Shown piece by piece: positions 38,051 to 51,425 of a DNA stretch of 64,000 bases; position 1 is the stretch's first letter, and every line of letters begins with the position of its first letter. Below the pieces are notes generated by a model. The model searched no databases. It saw only the letters and a program-made list of their open reading frames with translations, and had not been told where the DNA came from. A program made the translations under genes and the position numbers. Origin of the DNA: the human T2T-CHM13v2.0 reference genome, Homo sapiens; NCBI GenBank assembly GCA_009914755.4, contig CP068257.2:9280001-9344000 (forward strand), given 5' to 3'.

Positions 38051-40916
38051 TGATTTCCACAGGTGCATCTGCTACACATATCTCCACTTCATCATAAAAG
38101 CAGAATTGTGTTCCCCTGTCCTTTTCCCAGCTTTTTCATATATGTAAGTCGTGACATAAAATGCAAACTCTGGTCATTTTTATCCTTTTTCTGCACTTTT
38201 CCACTTATGGCTGGCTTGTCTTCAAGTCTGTTTCTTCTTCTTTCTTATGTTCAGATATTTCCATTTACTTACTCTCTCATCGAAGTGCCCTAGAAATGGG
38301 GCCAGTAGTGGCTTCTGCACATAGCACTGAGGTTATCTTTCTAAATTCTTCCTCTGTACTATCCTCCATAACAGCACATTAGCTTCCATTTGGGTCAAAT
38401 TAACCTCAACTTATGAACTTTAATATCCACCATCATTATATCCTCTTGTTTCATTAGGCACCATCTAAACCAAGTACTTTCGAAGTAATAAACATAAAAA
38501 GTTAAAAAACTTGGAACACAGTTTTTACTATGACTATTTCGATTTAGATTCTATTATTTATGCTCATGTGAATGCCTTCTAGTAAGTTTGGCCTTCTTGA
38601 ATGCAGTCATAGCTTGCACACGTATGGAATTGCTGGGTCGTGTTTTATTTTGTGTGTGTTTTCCTTGCAGTTATCCAATGGGTCCTGAGAGAGTGTGTTG
38701 GAGTCTGAACTGCCATTCTCAGCAAGTGTCTGACCCTTAACCCTGAGCCAGGCAGAGTCCGGGGACTAAGGTTCCATGCAGGAATGGAGTGGGGTGGCCC
38801 ATCTCATGGAGGAGGAGATGAGACATAGGCAACAAGATGTGGTTAAAGACGGACAGGGGGTCAGAAATCAAAGAAAAAGAGAAAATCAAGTATCATCATC
38901 TCTCAAGGGTCGGGGTACCAGAAAGAAAGCCAACTTGAAGCAATGAGTATTTATTGCCAGTTATAACTACAGATAGCTGAGTGGGGAGAGAAGCGTTGGA
39001 AGCAAAATAGAAGAAGAAACCCAGAAATGTCCAGGTGTGCGAAAACAAGTGCCGGCAGTCGCATTAAGAGGTTACTGGGGCCTTGACCGTGGTCAGGGAG
39101 AGAAATGGCATCAAGGCAGCTTAGAGACGCGCTGCTGGGAATTTCAGTTTGGCTTTCATGGTAATATTAGTACCTGGATTTTAACGAATACGTGTGCACT
39201 TGGCACTGGGCTGATATTTATTCAAGGGCCTTAATTGATGCTAAGAAACATAATTTTAAAAACCACTGTTTTCTTTATATTTAATGATTTTAGTAGTAGT
39301 TATGATACCAGTAAAATATTAATGTTTATTCAGCTCTCCTTTGTGCTGGCATATCCAGGTTTTCATCCACTGTGGCTGACTGAAAAGCATGGCCATGCTA
39401 TTTTGTAGCTTTCCTATCAGGGCATGATCTATTTCTCCACCCCTTCACTCTGGGCTGAACTTGTGATTTGCGGTGACTAACAGAATGCGGTGAAAGACCC
39501 CCAAGAGGCCTTGCCTCTTCTGCCTTCACTTTCCTGGGACGTTGCTGCCTTCATGAGAGGAAGTCAATGATCCTCTTTGAGATTGAAAGACGACCTGGAA
39601 AGGAGGAGCTCTTGCGGTTCACCCAGCTGAGCTCAGCCTAATCCAACACAGCTGAACCCATGCAAGATCAGCAAAAGCACCTCTTGGCCCACCCAGAGAG
39701 CTGTGAGAAATGTAAGTCAGTCCGATTTGGGGTACCTTGTCTGGCAGTATTGAATAACTAATGAACCTTCAATTTTAACAAGCCTGCCCTTTGGCACACA
39801 CACTCACCCGCACACTGATTCAAACAACAAACTATGCGAGGCCCAGGACGTGACCAGGTGGCATGTCAGTAAATACCTGTTTCCAGGCCCTTTACGAACT
39901 TTTCAATACTCACTAGAGCTGCACAAAAATTGTGCTATTGCTGCATAAAGATTGGCTATGACCGTTTTTTGTGGAGAGACAATTTCACATCTTGAAAAGA
40001 TATAGTTTTTACCCAAATCTGGGATTCCACACCCAAGACATGGCTGCTCAGAAACAATTGTGCTGAAGAGATTGATTGCCTCTTGGTTGTTGTAGGCTCA
40101 GGGGAGGAAAGATCTGGGTTTGAATCACTGGCCCTACAATTAACAAGATTTGTGGCATGGGAAAAATGCCTGACTTTCTAAATCTTCATTGCACCTCTGT
40201 AAATGGAGGCAAATAACATTAATCAATCTAGGTTATTTTGAAATACATAGTAAAATCACTCAATCTAGTGCCTACCACATACCAATTTTCAAAAACTGTA
40301 GTTTTCCTCCCCTGGTACAGTGCTTCTGTAACTGTTGTACCATTACAATCTGCACCAAAAGCAATTGGAGTTTGTTTAAAATGTGGGTATCCAGGCCCAC
40401 CACACAGTGGTCAGTTATATTACTTTTATCTCTTATAATCCATTTTTCTTGATTATATTATTTTAAAATATATGTGACACCAACTAGAATGGCTAAGATG
40501 GAAAATACAGACAGTATTAATTGTTGGCTAGGATGTGGAGCAGTTGGGACTCTCCTACTCTGCTCCTGGGGGTGTGCACTGCTGTATTTACTAAAGCTGG
40601 GCATAACTGAACCCAAGAATTCCAATCCTAGGCATATTCCCAATGGAAATGTGTGCATGTGATCACCAAAAGATAGATATTATTAAAATGTTTATAGCAG
40701 CACTCTTTGCAATAGCTCCCAACTGGAAACTACTAGGTGCCCATCAACAGCAGAGTGGACTTTTTTTGAAGCTGGGATACAATGCAGCAATGAGCATGAA
40801 CAAACGACCACACACTGCAGCACAGGTGCATCTCACAAATGCCATGTTGTAGACAAGAAGCACATACAACAGTACATACTGTACAATTACATTGACTTAA
40901 GCTTAAGAAATGGTAA

Positions 40917-41213
40917 AACTGGCTGGGTGTGGTGGCTCATGCCTGTAATCCCAGCACTTTGGGAGGCCGAGGTGGGCAGATCACGAGGTCAGGAGCTCGA
41001 GACCAGCCTGGCCAACATAGTGAAACCCCGTCTCTACTAAAACTACAAGAAAATTAACCGAGTGTGGTGGTACGTGCCTGTAGTCCCAACTACTCGGGAG
41101 GCTGAGGTGGGAATTGCTTGAACTCGGGAGGCAGAGTTTGCAGTGAGCCGAGATCACGCCACTGAACTCCATCCTGTTGACAGAGTGAGACTCCATCTTA
41201 AAAAAAAAAAAAA
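40917..41213 (+). mobile_element. Alu SINE (full length, young-looking AluS/Y) with poly-A
   Basis: 'ggctgggtgtggtggctcatgcctgtaatcccagcactttgggaggccgaggtgggcagatcacgaggtcaggag.tcgagaccagcctggccaacatagtgaaaccccgtctctactaaaa ... gagactccatcttaaaaaaaaaaaaaa'. Approximate flanking repeat '(a)ctggtaaaac'. Confidence 0.95.
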
Positions 41214-41584
41214 GGAACTGGTAAAACAATACTATGGTCTTAGAGGCTCAGAGTAGTAGCTACCCCTGTTTGGGTTAGTGACGGGAAGGGCACCAGGAAG
41301 GTTTTGGGGGTGCAGTAATGCTCTCTGTTTCTTGATCCAGGTGCTGACTAGATGGCTGTGTTTGTTTTGTGCAAGTTTGTTGAGCTGTACCACTTATAAT
41401 CCGTCCACATCTCTGGATGCATATTATACTAAGTAAAAAGTTTACGTTCATAAAATAAACCATGGGACATAAAGGATACGTTTTTGCAAACTTCCTTTAT
41501 GTCTCTCTAAATTCTCCCCTGCGTTCCTCTCTTCAACATGAATGTTTGGAGAACTAAGAGAAAGAAACACAAACCCTGACTAAC

Positions 41585-41795
41585 TTGAATTTAGAATTTT
41601 TTGACTTACAATAGGTTTATTGGGACGTACCCCATCGTAGGTCAAGGAGTATCTGGACTTACAATGGTTTACCTTAGGATATTTTGAGTTTATCATGGGT
41701 TTATCAAGGTATTAAATGCATTTTGATTTATGATATTTTAGACTTATGATTAGTTTATCAGGCTGTAACCCCACTGGAAGTCTAGGAGGACCTGC
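41585..41795. mobile_element. TcMar-Tigger-family (MER2/Tigger-like) DNA-transposon terminal fragment, tentative
   Basis: Two degenerate copies of the Tigger-type terminal motif '...tttgacttacgat...ggtttatc(a/g)ggacgtaaccccatcgtaagtc(a/g)aggagcatctg'. Here they read 'tttgacttacaataggtttattgggacgtaccccatcgtaggtcaaggagtatctg' and 'tagacttatgattagtttatcaggctgtaaccccactggaagtctaggaggacctg', plus 'gtattaaatgcattttga'. The consensus is recalled from memory. Confidence 0.4.
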
Positions 41796-44700
41796 ATTCT
41801 AATTTTAAAAATATGCAAGCCTGTTTACATATTTATTTTATATTTCTTCACCACATCTACAAAGCAGACCACAATTAGCTTTGTAAAAAAGGAGATATGG
41901 AATCTAAATGTTCCAGGACATAGTTGTGAGAGCTGCAAAGATGAGTCGATTGATTTTGTTCGGGGTCCTCCTTCTTGCTGATGCTGGCTGACCTTGTTTA
42001 CTCAGCCTCCATCCTTGGGCCTGGTCAAAGAGTATTGCCGACTAGCCTGCCTCTTCCTCATCTATACTGTCATAAGACTATCTCTTTTTTGTCCAGGTAC
42101 CCCTGTTGCAGTCTTAAAGGTTGTCTTTCAAAAGTTGAAAGACACAAAACTTGATGTGATCTGGCTGCTCTAACTTGATTCTGTGTTTTTGCAGAAAAAC
42201 CCTCCCCACCATTCTCGTCTCCCGAAAAGCATTCATTAAGGGTTTGAACGGGATGGAAATAATTATTAATCTCACCTATTTGCTCAATGTGTTGCCCAGG
42301 CTGCAACTCAAGTCTATGAATGTCTCATCTGCCCATTCACAGCGATTCGAAAACGAGTTTTAAACAGTAGAACCATTAATTCGGTGACCTTTTAGGCACA
42401 CAACACCAGCCACCTGGAATCTCTCTGTCAGTTCACAGTGTGTATTTATTTTTTTTTTCTTTTTGCTCACAAAGCAGAAAAGTTTGCATGAGCTGGCGGG
42501 AGTGAGTAGGGGTGAACGGAATCAACATTTGTTGAAGTGTTCATATGTGTTTTAATGACATTGTGTAAATTATTCTATGTAACCCTCACAGTATCCTGAA
42601 GGGAAGATAAAAGCATTTTCATTTTACAAATTAAAAGAATGACCTGTGAGGCAGGCTCACTGTGAGCGGTGACTGGCATGCCTGAGTCTGTGGAGGGAGA
42701 GCACACTCCCAGGCATCAACTCACATGACGCAGATTTGATACTTGTGGATAGGCAGCAAGGAACAACAGGAGTTTGTGGGAGCTGCTTCCTCGAGACTCA
42801 GAAAGCTGCCGGGGTGGATGGAGCTTTGACTGTGTGTGCCCCCGTTGTGCTGTAGATGAGGGACCCTGAAAAGCAGCCCACCCTGGGTTTTACACCACGG
42901 GGGAACATGATGCAAGGAGCTCCAGAATTGAAGGACGTCCCGTTTCTAGGGGAGGGTGGGAACAGAGCCTGAGAATTCCAGCCTGCTCACCCTTATCTCA
43001 GAGTGTTGCATTCCCAGGACATCTTCCAAGGCCACCTGGAGAGCTGTCCTGCAGTGACACACCTCAGCTTACCCAGCGTAGAAGTGAGGGGCTCAGATTC
43101 AGCATCCGCAGCTATCCCCAAATGCCGTGATTATTATTCCACCATCCAAGGCTCACAGTGAGTTAACTGTTTTCTTTCTCCTGTCATTCAGGAGCCCAAG
43201 GGTGGTGGCTTCAGCACCCTACGAAATGTGCCAGCAAGGTCTACAGTATCAGCAACTTTACCTCTCCCTCCCAAAGCTTTCTGGAGTGCTTAGTAGAAGA
43301 CAGAGGACTCTAAAGTGTGAATGTGGAATGGAAATCGAGGCCACTGGGAACGGCTGCGTCGAAGAGTAACTTGGGAACGCATAGGGATTCACAGGATAGA
43401 TATTGTCTGGATATCAGGGCGAAATGTTAATTAGGGATCAAAATGTCCTTTTAAATTAGCTATGTTGAAGAGAAAGGAGAAGACCAGGAAACAGAAGAAA
43501 GATATATGTTATGTGGTATTTTGGAATAAATATTTATAGAAAACAATGATCTGTTTGTTTAAAAACTACCGATCTAAAATGCTGCCCTGTCTCATCCCTT
43601 CTTCCTGCTTTATTTTCCTTCTCACTGTTTATTCCCTGACATTTTGTAAACTACACTTATTTATCTTGCAAATGTTTCCTACTAGAACGTAAGGCCCATG
43701 AGGGCGGACGTTTTGCCTCATTCTCTTTGGAACAGTGGACACACAGGGACTTACACAAATATCTGTTGAATGAATGAATGTACGCTTCACATTTGATGAC
43801 TTACTAATGTAATGATGTCTGACCAATAGATAAATCTTTTTCCGTATTAACTGATTGGACATGTTCCTTGAAGCCATCACTGGGGGTCTGCTCTGAAGTT
43901 TATGGATCACTCAGGATGGTGGGCTCAGGGCTCAGGTGGGTCCTAGGTTGCCTTGTTAGTATCAGTCCAAGGTGTCTATCAGAGTTGCTACCAAAAAGAC
44001 GATTTTCCAAGTCTTCAAAAATGAACTGTTAGGGAGGATTATGCTGGATATTTATATCAATTTCTGGACACTTTAAAGCTATGAAGACAGATATGAAAAT
44101 AAAGGTTTTTTTCATTTTAGGGGGCTGAGACAAAAATAGACAATTTGAGGAAAATATAAATGTATCCATAGAGGTCATTGTTAGCACCTTTCAAAAACTT
44201 GTTTTGGTCGCCTAAAAGCATAAAGAATCTACTGTATATGGTAAACCAGTATTCAGGGTCCAGCCAAGAAAACAGAAACAACACTAATTATTTTAGTACA
44301 CAGAGATTTAAATGTGGGAAATTGACTAAATAGAATAAAAAGGGGGAACTGAGGTATTGCAGAGAGTGAAACTGCAGGGGCAGCCACCAGCTGTCTAGGG
44401 CTGAGGAACAAAGGAAAGAAGTTGGGGTTACTAGAATCGAGAAGCTGGAGGCGGGGTCCCCAGAGCTGGGGCTCAGTCCCCCAAGAAGGGGCACTGCCCA
44501 GCTGGTGCTCAGGCCTTTGAGAGGTTCATGGGGAGGGTGTCTCCGGGAGCACAAAAAGAAGCCAGGCATGGGAACTGATGTTATGGCTACTGACCGCTGC
44601 TGCCAGGGTGAAGGGCATTGCTGAGCAGCCTGGGTAGATGACAACGCCAGTAGGAACCGGTCCCTTCTCCCACCACCTGCCTCCCAGGCTCCCTCCGGTG

Positions 44701-45930
44701 CTCCTGACCCTGGCAGGACCAACCTGGATGCCGTTGACAAGGAGGGAAGCTTGTCAAGTCCTAATTTCAGCATCTGACCGTGACAAATTCAAAGCTGAGA
44801 AACAATAACCAAAGAACCAGAATATATGGTAATCCATTTGTAGCAACATAACTATAGGTTCCTAAAAATCTTTAGGATGTAACTATCATAACTGAGGAAC
44901 TAAGTCTTTTTGGGGACAAGTAGAATGGAGTGGAAAGATAAGATCAGAATGACAAAAATTCAAGGAAACATTAGCATAGGGAGTGTGTGGGATTATTTTT
45001 TTTAAATTTACATTTGGTAAAATAAAATGAAACAGGTTGTAAATTACAAATAATGGAGACCATATAATAACACATTTCTACATATTTATTTTTTTAAACT
45101 TTTTATTTGAGAACAATACTTACAGAAAAGTTGCAATGAAAATACAAAGAACACTTATACACTTTACCCAGATTCACTACGTGTGTTAATATTATACCAA
45201 TTCTTTAATTATTTTTTCTCACACATATATTTATATGTATACTTATATACCTCTACACTTATTTGTATATGCATTTCTTTTTACATATTTGTATGTTTAC
45301 AACATATTATACACATTCTCATATACTCGTATATAACCTGCTGTCTGAGATCTAATTCATCAAATGACCCAATAATATCTTTACTAGGATTTGTTTCCCT
45401 TCAGGACGGGCTCCAGTTAAGATGAGGATTGCAGTTAGCTGTCATGCCTCTTTAGTGTCCTTTATTCTGAAACTTTTTCACAGCATTTCTTCTTACTGTT
45501 ATATTAACCTTGTGAACAATATAACCCTCCCTTTTTAGAAGATGATTCCTCATTTTGGATTTGTCTGCAGTTTTCCCGTGACCAGAAACAGGCTGTGTTC
45601 CTGAATGCGATAGTACCAACGTGACGCTGCGGTAGTACCGACATGATGCTGGGTTGTATTCAGGGCCTCGCAGCTGGGGACGCACAATGTCCCTCATCAG
45701 TGCTGCTGATGTTGTTAAGATGTCAACTTGGTGTCCAGTTTCTCCATGATAAAATTACGTGTTTTCTCTTGCAATCAATAATCTGTGGGAAATATCCTAA
45801 GTTCTGAAAACTATAAAAATATCCCATGCTTCATCAAGATTTCCCCTGAAATTTGGCATCCACTGATGCTTCTTACCTGAACTAAGGCTTACTGTGATGA
45901 GTGAAAAACCATGATTCTCTCACTCCCATC

Positions 45931-46140
45931 TTTTCTCCATGTTTAGCAGGTCAACACCTGGTGCTCCAGTGTGAGCAAGAGCCCCCCTCCTTCCTCCTAC
46001 TTTCTCCATGTTTAGCAGGTCAACACCTGGTGCTCCAGTGTGAACAAGAGCCCCCCTCCTTCCTCCTACTTTCTCCATGTTTAGCAGGTCAACACCTGGT
46101 GCTCCAGTGTGAGCAAGAGCCCCCCTCCTTCCTCCTACTA
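45931..46140. repeat. Minisatellite, 69-bp unit x3 ('tctccatgtttagcaggtcaacacctggtgctccagtgtga(g/a)caagagcccccctccttcctcctactt')
   Basis: Seen directly. The units are near-identical, so the expansion is recent. Confidence 0.9.
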
Positions 46141-46981
46141 AGGTATGTCTTCGTTTAATGCTCTTTATTATCCGTAAAAGCACATGGATTCTTAATTGTT
46201 CAATGGGTAATTTAGTATGTTTTTTAGTTCTCTTGGTGCTCAAACTGTCCCAAATTTAGCCAGCATAAGTCCCTTCAAATTTCTCCCCGTAGTTTTACAA
46301 AATGCCCCATCAATCCTTTGAACACTTCCTTAATATATGGCATAGAAAGGTATTCCAGGCTCGTCTTGCAGTTTTCCTGTCCCAGCCCTGGAATTGGCTA
46401 TTTCTCTCAGAAGCCCTGGTTCCTTTTAGTGGGGAAGAGTATTGACGATCTGGGTCTCAGATGTGCTTACTGCTGTTGGGGTATCTTTGCTTATAGGTAT
46501 AGTCAGAGAAGTGTCCCCCTCCTGCATTACTTCTACTCTGTTCTCTCTACCCTCCTAGATAACCAACTAGATTGTTTGCTGTTTTTTTAATCTTATGTTT
46601 CTTTTTGCAAAACTATACACCTGTGTGTTTTTATCTTACATATATTTTTCTTACATGAAGGTAGCATATGCTTTCATGCATTTTCCTTTTATCCTTTAAT
46701 AATAGCTCTTGGAAACTGCTCTACTTCCTTTTGCAGAGATCAACCTCATTCATTTTTATAGTTTCGAAATACTCCATTGTGTGTATGTACTGTAGTTTAT
46801 TCAGCCAATCGTCTATGCTTGGACACTTCAGTAATTCCAAACGATTGCAGTAAAAGTCATGCTACAAGTTACGCCCTCATGCATGTGTACTTTAGCGTGG
46901 TTGGAAGAGGTTTTTCCAGGGAATTTCCCAGAAGTGGGGTTGCTAGAATGAGGGTAAATGGAAATGCAATATTGCTTTCTA

Positions 46982-47270
46982 GCCAGGCACAATGGCTCAT
47001 GCCTGTAATCCCACCACTTTGGAGGGCCAAGGCGGGCTAATCACTTGAGGTTAGGAGTTCGAGACCAACGTGGCCAACATGGTGAAACCCCGTCTCTACT
47101 AAAAATACAAAAAAATTTAGCCAGGCGCAGTGGCGGGCTCCTGTAATCCCAGTTAGTTACTCACAAGGCTGAGACAGCAGAATGGCTTGAATCCGAGAGG
47201 CAGAAGGGAGCTGAGATCGCGCCACTGCACTCCAGCGCAGGCAACAAGAGCAAAACTCCATGTAAAAAAA
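46982..47270 (+). mobile_element. Alu SINE whose tail is expanded into a complex microsatellite
   Basis: 'gccaggcacaatggctcatgcctgtaatcccaccactttggagggccaaggcgggc.aatcacttgaggttaggagttcgagaccaacgtggccaacatggtgaaaccccgtctctactaaaaatacaaaaaaatttagccaggcgcagtggcgggc.cctgtaatcccag ... gcactccagcgcaggcaacaagagcaaaactccatgtaaaaaaa'. Confidence 0.9.
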
Positions 47271-47418
47271 TAAAATACATATAATATATATATGTGTATA
47301 TATGTGTATATATACACATGTATATATGTATATATGTATACATAAGTATATATGTATATGTGTATATATGCATATGTGTGTTTATATGTATGTATATATG
47401 TATGTGTGTATATATGTA

Positions 47419-47460
<42 letters not shown>
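47270..47460. repeat. Compound microsatellite (TATATG/TGTATA)n ending in (GT)n about x20
   Basis: Seen directly. It begins at the Alu A-tail. Confidence 0.9.
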
Positions 47461-47462
<2 letters not shown>

Positions 47463-50055
47463 CTTTCCTTCATAGGGACTGTATCGTTTTGCATTCCCAC
47501 CAAGAGTGCGTGAGTGGACTTTTCCCCCTACAGTTTCACTAGTTGTATGCACTGTCAAACGATTTTTTTGCTCATCTGATGGGTAAGAGCCTGTATCGCA
47601 GTGTAGCTTTAATGTTCAGTTATCTTATTATGAGGGAACTTGAAAAATCTTTCCATATACTTTCAGGTTCTTTTATATGTCTGGTTGTAAATTGCCTTTT
47701 CCTATCTTTTGTTCATTCATATAGAAGTGCTGTTCATTTCCCTCTATTTTTAAAAATATTTTTTAAAAAGAGGATTAACATTTCCTCCTTTTGGAATTTA
47801 GGTTACCAATGTTTTGTTATAGTTTATTTGTCTTTCAACTTTGCCCTGTACAACATTTTATTGTTAAATAATCAGTTACCAGTGCTTATCACATCTGGAT
47901 TTGAGTAAGAGTCAGAAGATCTCCCCTAGACCCAGGTTAAGAGGTACAGAGTTTCTGTCTGGGATGATGATAAAGTTCTGGAAACAGGTAGTGGTGGCAG
48001 TTGTAAACACTGTGAATGTACTTAATGACACTGAATTGCACGCTTAAAAATGATTAAAATGGTAAAGTTTATGTTATATGCATTTTTTAAAAGGTTAAAT
48101 TCAACTTTTTTTGGTACTTGTATAATTTTGTTACATTTAGACCTTTGACACTTGGGATGATATTCTTTTGAATGGTGTAAGGAACTGATCTAATTATGTA
48201 TTTTTCTAAATTACTATTCAGTTGCCTCAACTTTATTTAGTGAAAAGACCATCTTTGCTGCAGTAATTTGAGTACAACCATTAGAGTATATCAGATTTCC
48301 ATTGGAGATGGATCTATTTCTTGATTTTCTATTCTATCCCATTGGCCTTTTCATACACTAATTCCACACTAATTTAGTTTTACAGGCTTTACAGTGTATT
48401 TTGATGAGGCAAAATCTAGTTTCTATTCAAAACATCTCCTTTTCTCCTATTTTTATTCTGAGTTTAATCAACAAAATTAAATACAGATATACTACATATA
48501 TATAAATATTTATCTTTTTTCTGTTCTTATTTTTGTATTTATGGCTCACAGTGGCCTTTGTCTTTCCAAATGCTTCTTTGAGGATATTTAATTCACTTTG
48601 GAGTGTTGTGTTACAGATTTATTGTTTGTGTGCATGTATTTTTTAAATTGGGTAACAGCAAAAATGGTTTGCTTTACCTTAATTGTTTTAGGGTAGTTCC
48701 ATTTGGGTGTGGTTTGTTTTTCCTCTTTGTATCCATTTTGCATAGATTTCAGTATGAACTTTTCTATTGGTTCTGCCCCCTGAATGTGCTGTTTTCTTAT
48801 TGGACAATTGTGGAGAAGGATTAGTGCTTTTGTTTTGCTTTTGTCTCTGCAGGATACTCAGGTTTCACTTTTTTATTCTGTCCCTCAGGGCCTCCCTTCC
48901 CAGGGGTGCCCCTCTTTTCCTTATGTCTGACTCTCCCGTAGGTGAAACATGGGGCTTACCGCTTTTGGTCCTGCACATTTACAAGCCTCTTCCCTGCCTC
49001 CAGTCCCGTGAAGTATCTGTACCCTGCATCTCCTTCTGAGGTGAGATTGTCTGTGCTTTGTCTGAGTGCATCACTTCACTCTATTTTTTTTTTTCATGGA
49101 ATCTTGTGGCATTGGGTGGGCAGTGGGAGCTCCAGTGGAATTAAAGGTAATATGAAGATCACAGCCCTTGGTTTCTCAGTTATGTGGAGGGTGTGGATTA
49201 CGAATATGGTTGCCCTTCTCGTGGATTTTATTATTTGTTCTTGGGAGGGATAGTGAAAATCAGGCTATTGCCACATTTTTTCCTGTTACAAATCCATAAG
49301 TTTGATTCACATTTACTTTTATTCTCAAGGTGACTTTATGATAATGATCAGAGGTTGTATGAGTGTTGAGGGAGCAGGAAGGGAAATTTGTGGACTATTA
49401 CTGGGAAAGTTAACTCTCTGTAACCTCTTCCTCCGGCAGCACATGGATCTCACTCCCTAGGCTGGCTGGGGTGCAGTGTTGGAGTTTCACGCACATGCAG
49501 GGTCTTATACTCAAGATCCATAGAATCTAAGCACACAGCATTGCAAGGGGATCCCATGCTCCTGAACATGCTTTCTAGGTTCTTTCCAAGAAAGGACGCT
49601 AGTAACATCGTATTGGAACCTTTTCATATCTTTACAAACTTGTAGCAAATCAACCAAACTTTATTGGAAGGCCTATTGTTTCTGTACACATTCAAAGTAG
49701 TTCCTTAAAGTGTTTAGTGTTTTTTACCAGTTTATTTTCATGAATCTTTTTTTAAACACACGTCTTAAGGATCATACCGTGTTTTTTGATGCTGCAGTTT
49801 TCCGTCTATCTAATTAGAGGACTCTTTCCAATACTCTCCCTGGTTCTGCATTTCCTCAGCCGCCATGAGCACATTCTATTCTATGGTCATTGGATCGGCA
49901 TTTTAAATCCTGTTTGGCAGAAAGAGAGTTTCATGTTTAGGTCCAAGATGTAATGGGTCTCTCTAAAGGACAGCATGACATTTCCTGCGTAAAACAACTA
50001 AAATCCAGAATTCACTTCCTGGTCAATATCGTGGGGACTACCTAAGCAGCATGTG

Positions 50056-50056
<1 letters not shown>

Positions 50057-50091
<35 letters not shown>

Positions 50092-50100
50092 ACACACACA
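50057..50100. repeat. (CA)n microsatellite
   Basis: Seen directly. Confidence 0.9.
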
Positions 50101-50787
50101 ACAGAAAAGTGAGTGATAATCGATTTTAAGGACTAACTCTGGAGCCAGACTAACTGGGCTCTGATTACAGCTATGATTACAGCTCTGGTGGTAACTAGCT
50201 TTACGATCTTGGGCACATTATTTAACCTCTTGTCCCTCAGTTGCTTCATCTGTAAAACCGAGATAACAATTGCAATTATCTCATAAAATTATTGGAAGGA
50301 GTTAATGAATTAGTATCAGTAAAGTGATTGGAACAATTCCTGGCATATAATAAGCCCCACATATATGCTATATAAATGCTAGTTAAATGACTAGTTAAAC
50401 ACACAATGAAATGTAATAAAAGAAAATAAAATTAAAGATAATATATTACCAGTTGGGTAGATGGCAACAGAGAGAATGAAGACAGAGATGAATAATCAGA
50501 GATCTCTTCAACCTGGAGAGATATTCCATTATACGACATGGTGGCAACTTGAGTGGATTAATATGTATATGTGTGTATATATATATATATATAATTCCCA
50601 CATTTAAGAAAAAAAGGGATTAAAACAGAAATCTGTACCCATTCGAATTTTGCATAAAGAGAACCATGATGAGAAGGAATTACTGTACTTTGGTGTGCTC
50701 ATAAAATTACTATATATTTATAATCATTTTTAAAAATATGGACTTTAGATGACAATTTCTTAATATTGCACCTGTACAGAGACATTT

Positions 50788-50978
50788 GGAGAAACAAATT
50801 AAACCTTTATAGATAACCTTAAATATCTGAATATGTATAGAGTTGAATGATGGGACAATTGAGGGAAGGGGTAGACAGACATTAGGAAAAACAAATTAAA
50901 CCTTTATAGATAACCTTAAATATCTGAATACATGTCTAGTTGAATGATGGGACAGTGGAGGAAGTGTAGTGAATGATG
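50788..50978. repeat. Tandem duplication, about 96 bp x2 ('ggaaaaacaaattaaacctttatagataaccttaaatatctgaata..tgt.tagttgaatgatgggaca.t.gagg')
   Basis: Seen directly. It overlaps the start of the next minisatellite. Confidence 0.75.
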
Positions 50979-51425
50979 GGACAGTAGGAATGTGTGTAGT
51001 GAGCACAGTTTGAATGATGGACAATGGAAGGAAGGGGTGTAGTGAGCATAGTCAGTTGGAATGATAGACAATGGAAGGAAGGGTGTAGTAAGCATAGTCA
51101 GTTTGAATGATGGACAATGATAGGAAGGCTGTAGCGAGCATAGTCAGTTTGAATGATAGACAATAGAAGGAAGGGTGTAGTGAGCATAGTCAGTTTGAAT
51201 GATGGACAATGATAGGAAGGGTGTAGTGAGCATAGTCAGTTTGAATGATGGACAATGGAGGGAAGGGGTGTAGTGAGCATAGTTTGAATGATGGACAATG
51301 GAAGGAAGGGTGTAGTGAGCATAGTCAGTTTGGATGATGGACAATGGAAGGAAGGGTGTAGTGAGCATAGTCAGTTTGAATGATGGACAATGGAAGGAAG
51401 GGTGTAGTAAGCATAGTCAGTTTGC
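50940..51425. repeat. Minisatellite, about 46-bp unit x about 10 ('ggacaatggaaggaagggtgtagtgagcatagtcagtttgaatgat')
   Basis: Seen directly. Confidence 0.9.

Noticed and set aside
44288-44773. 161-aa minus-strand ORF (Pro/Ser/Leu/Gly-rich).
   Set aside because: Low-complexity composition, no recognisable domain, a non-validated start, and nothing distinguishes it from chance open frames in GC-richer patches. Not reported as CDS.
47153-47542. ORFs with 'HTHTHTHTHT' or 'YIYTYIHVYIY' runs.
   Set aside because: Microsatellite translations ((GT)n and (TATATG)n).
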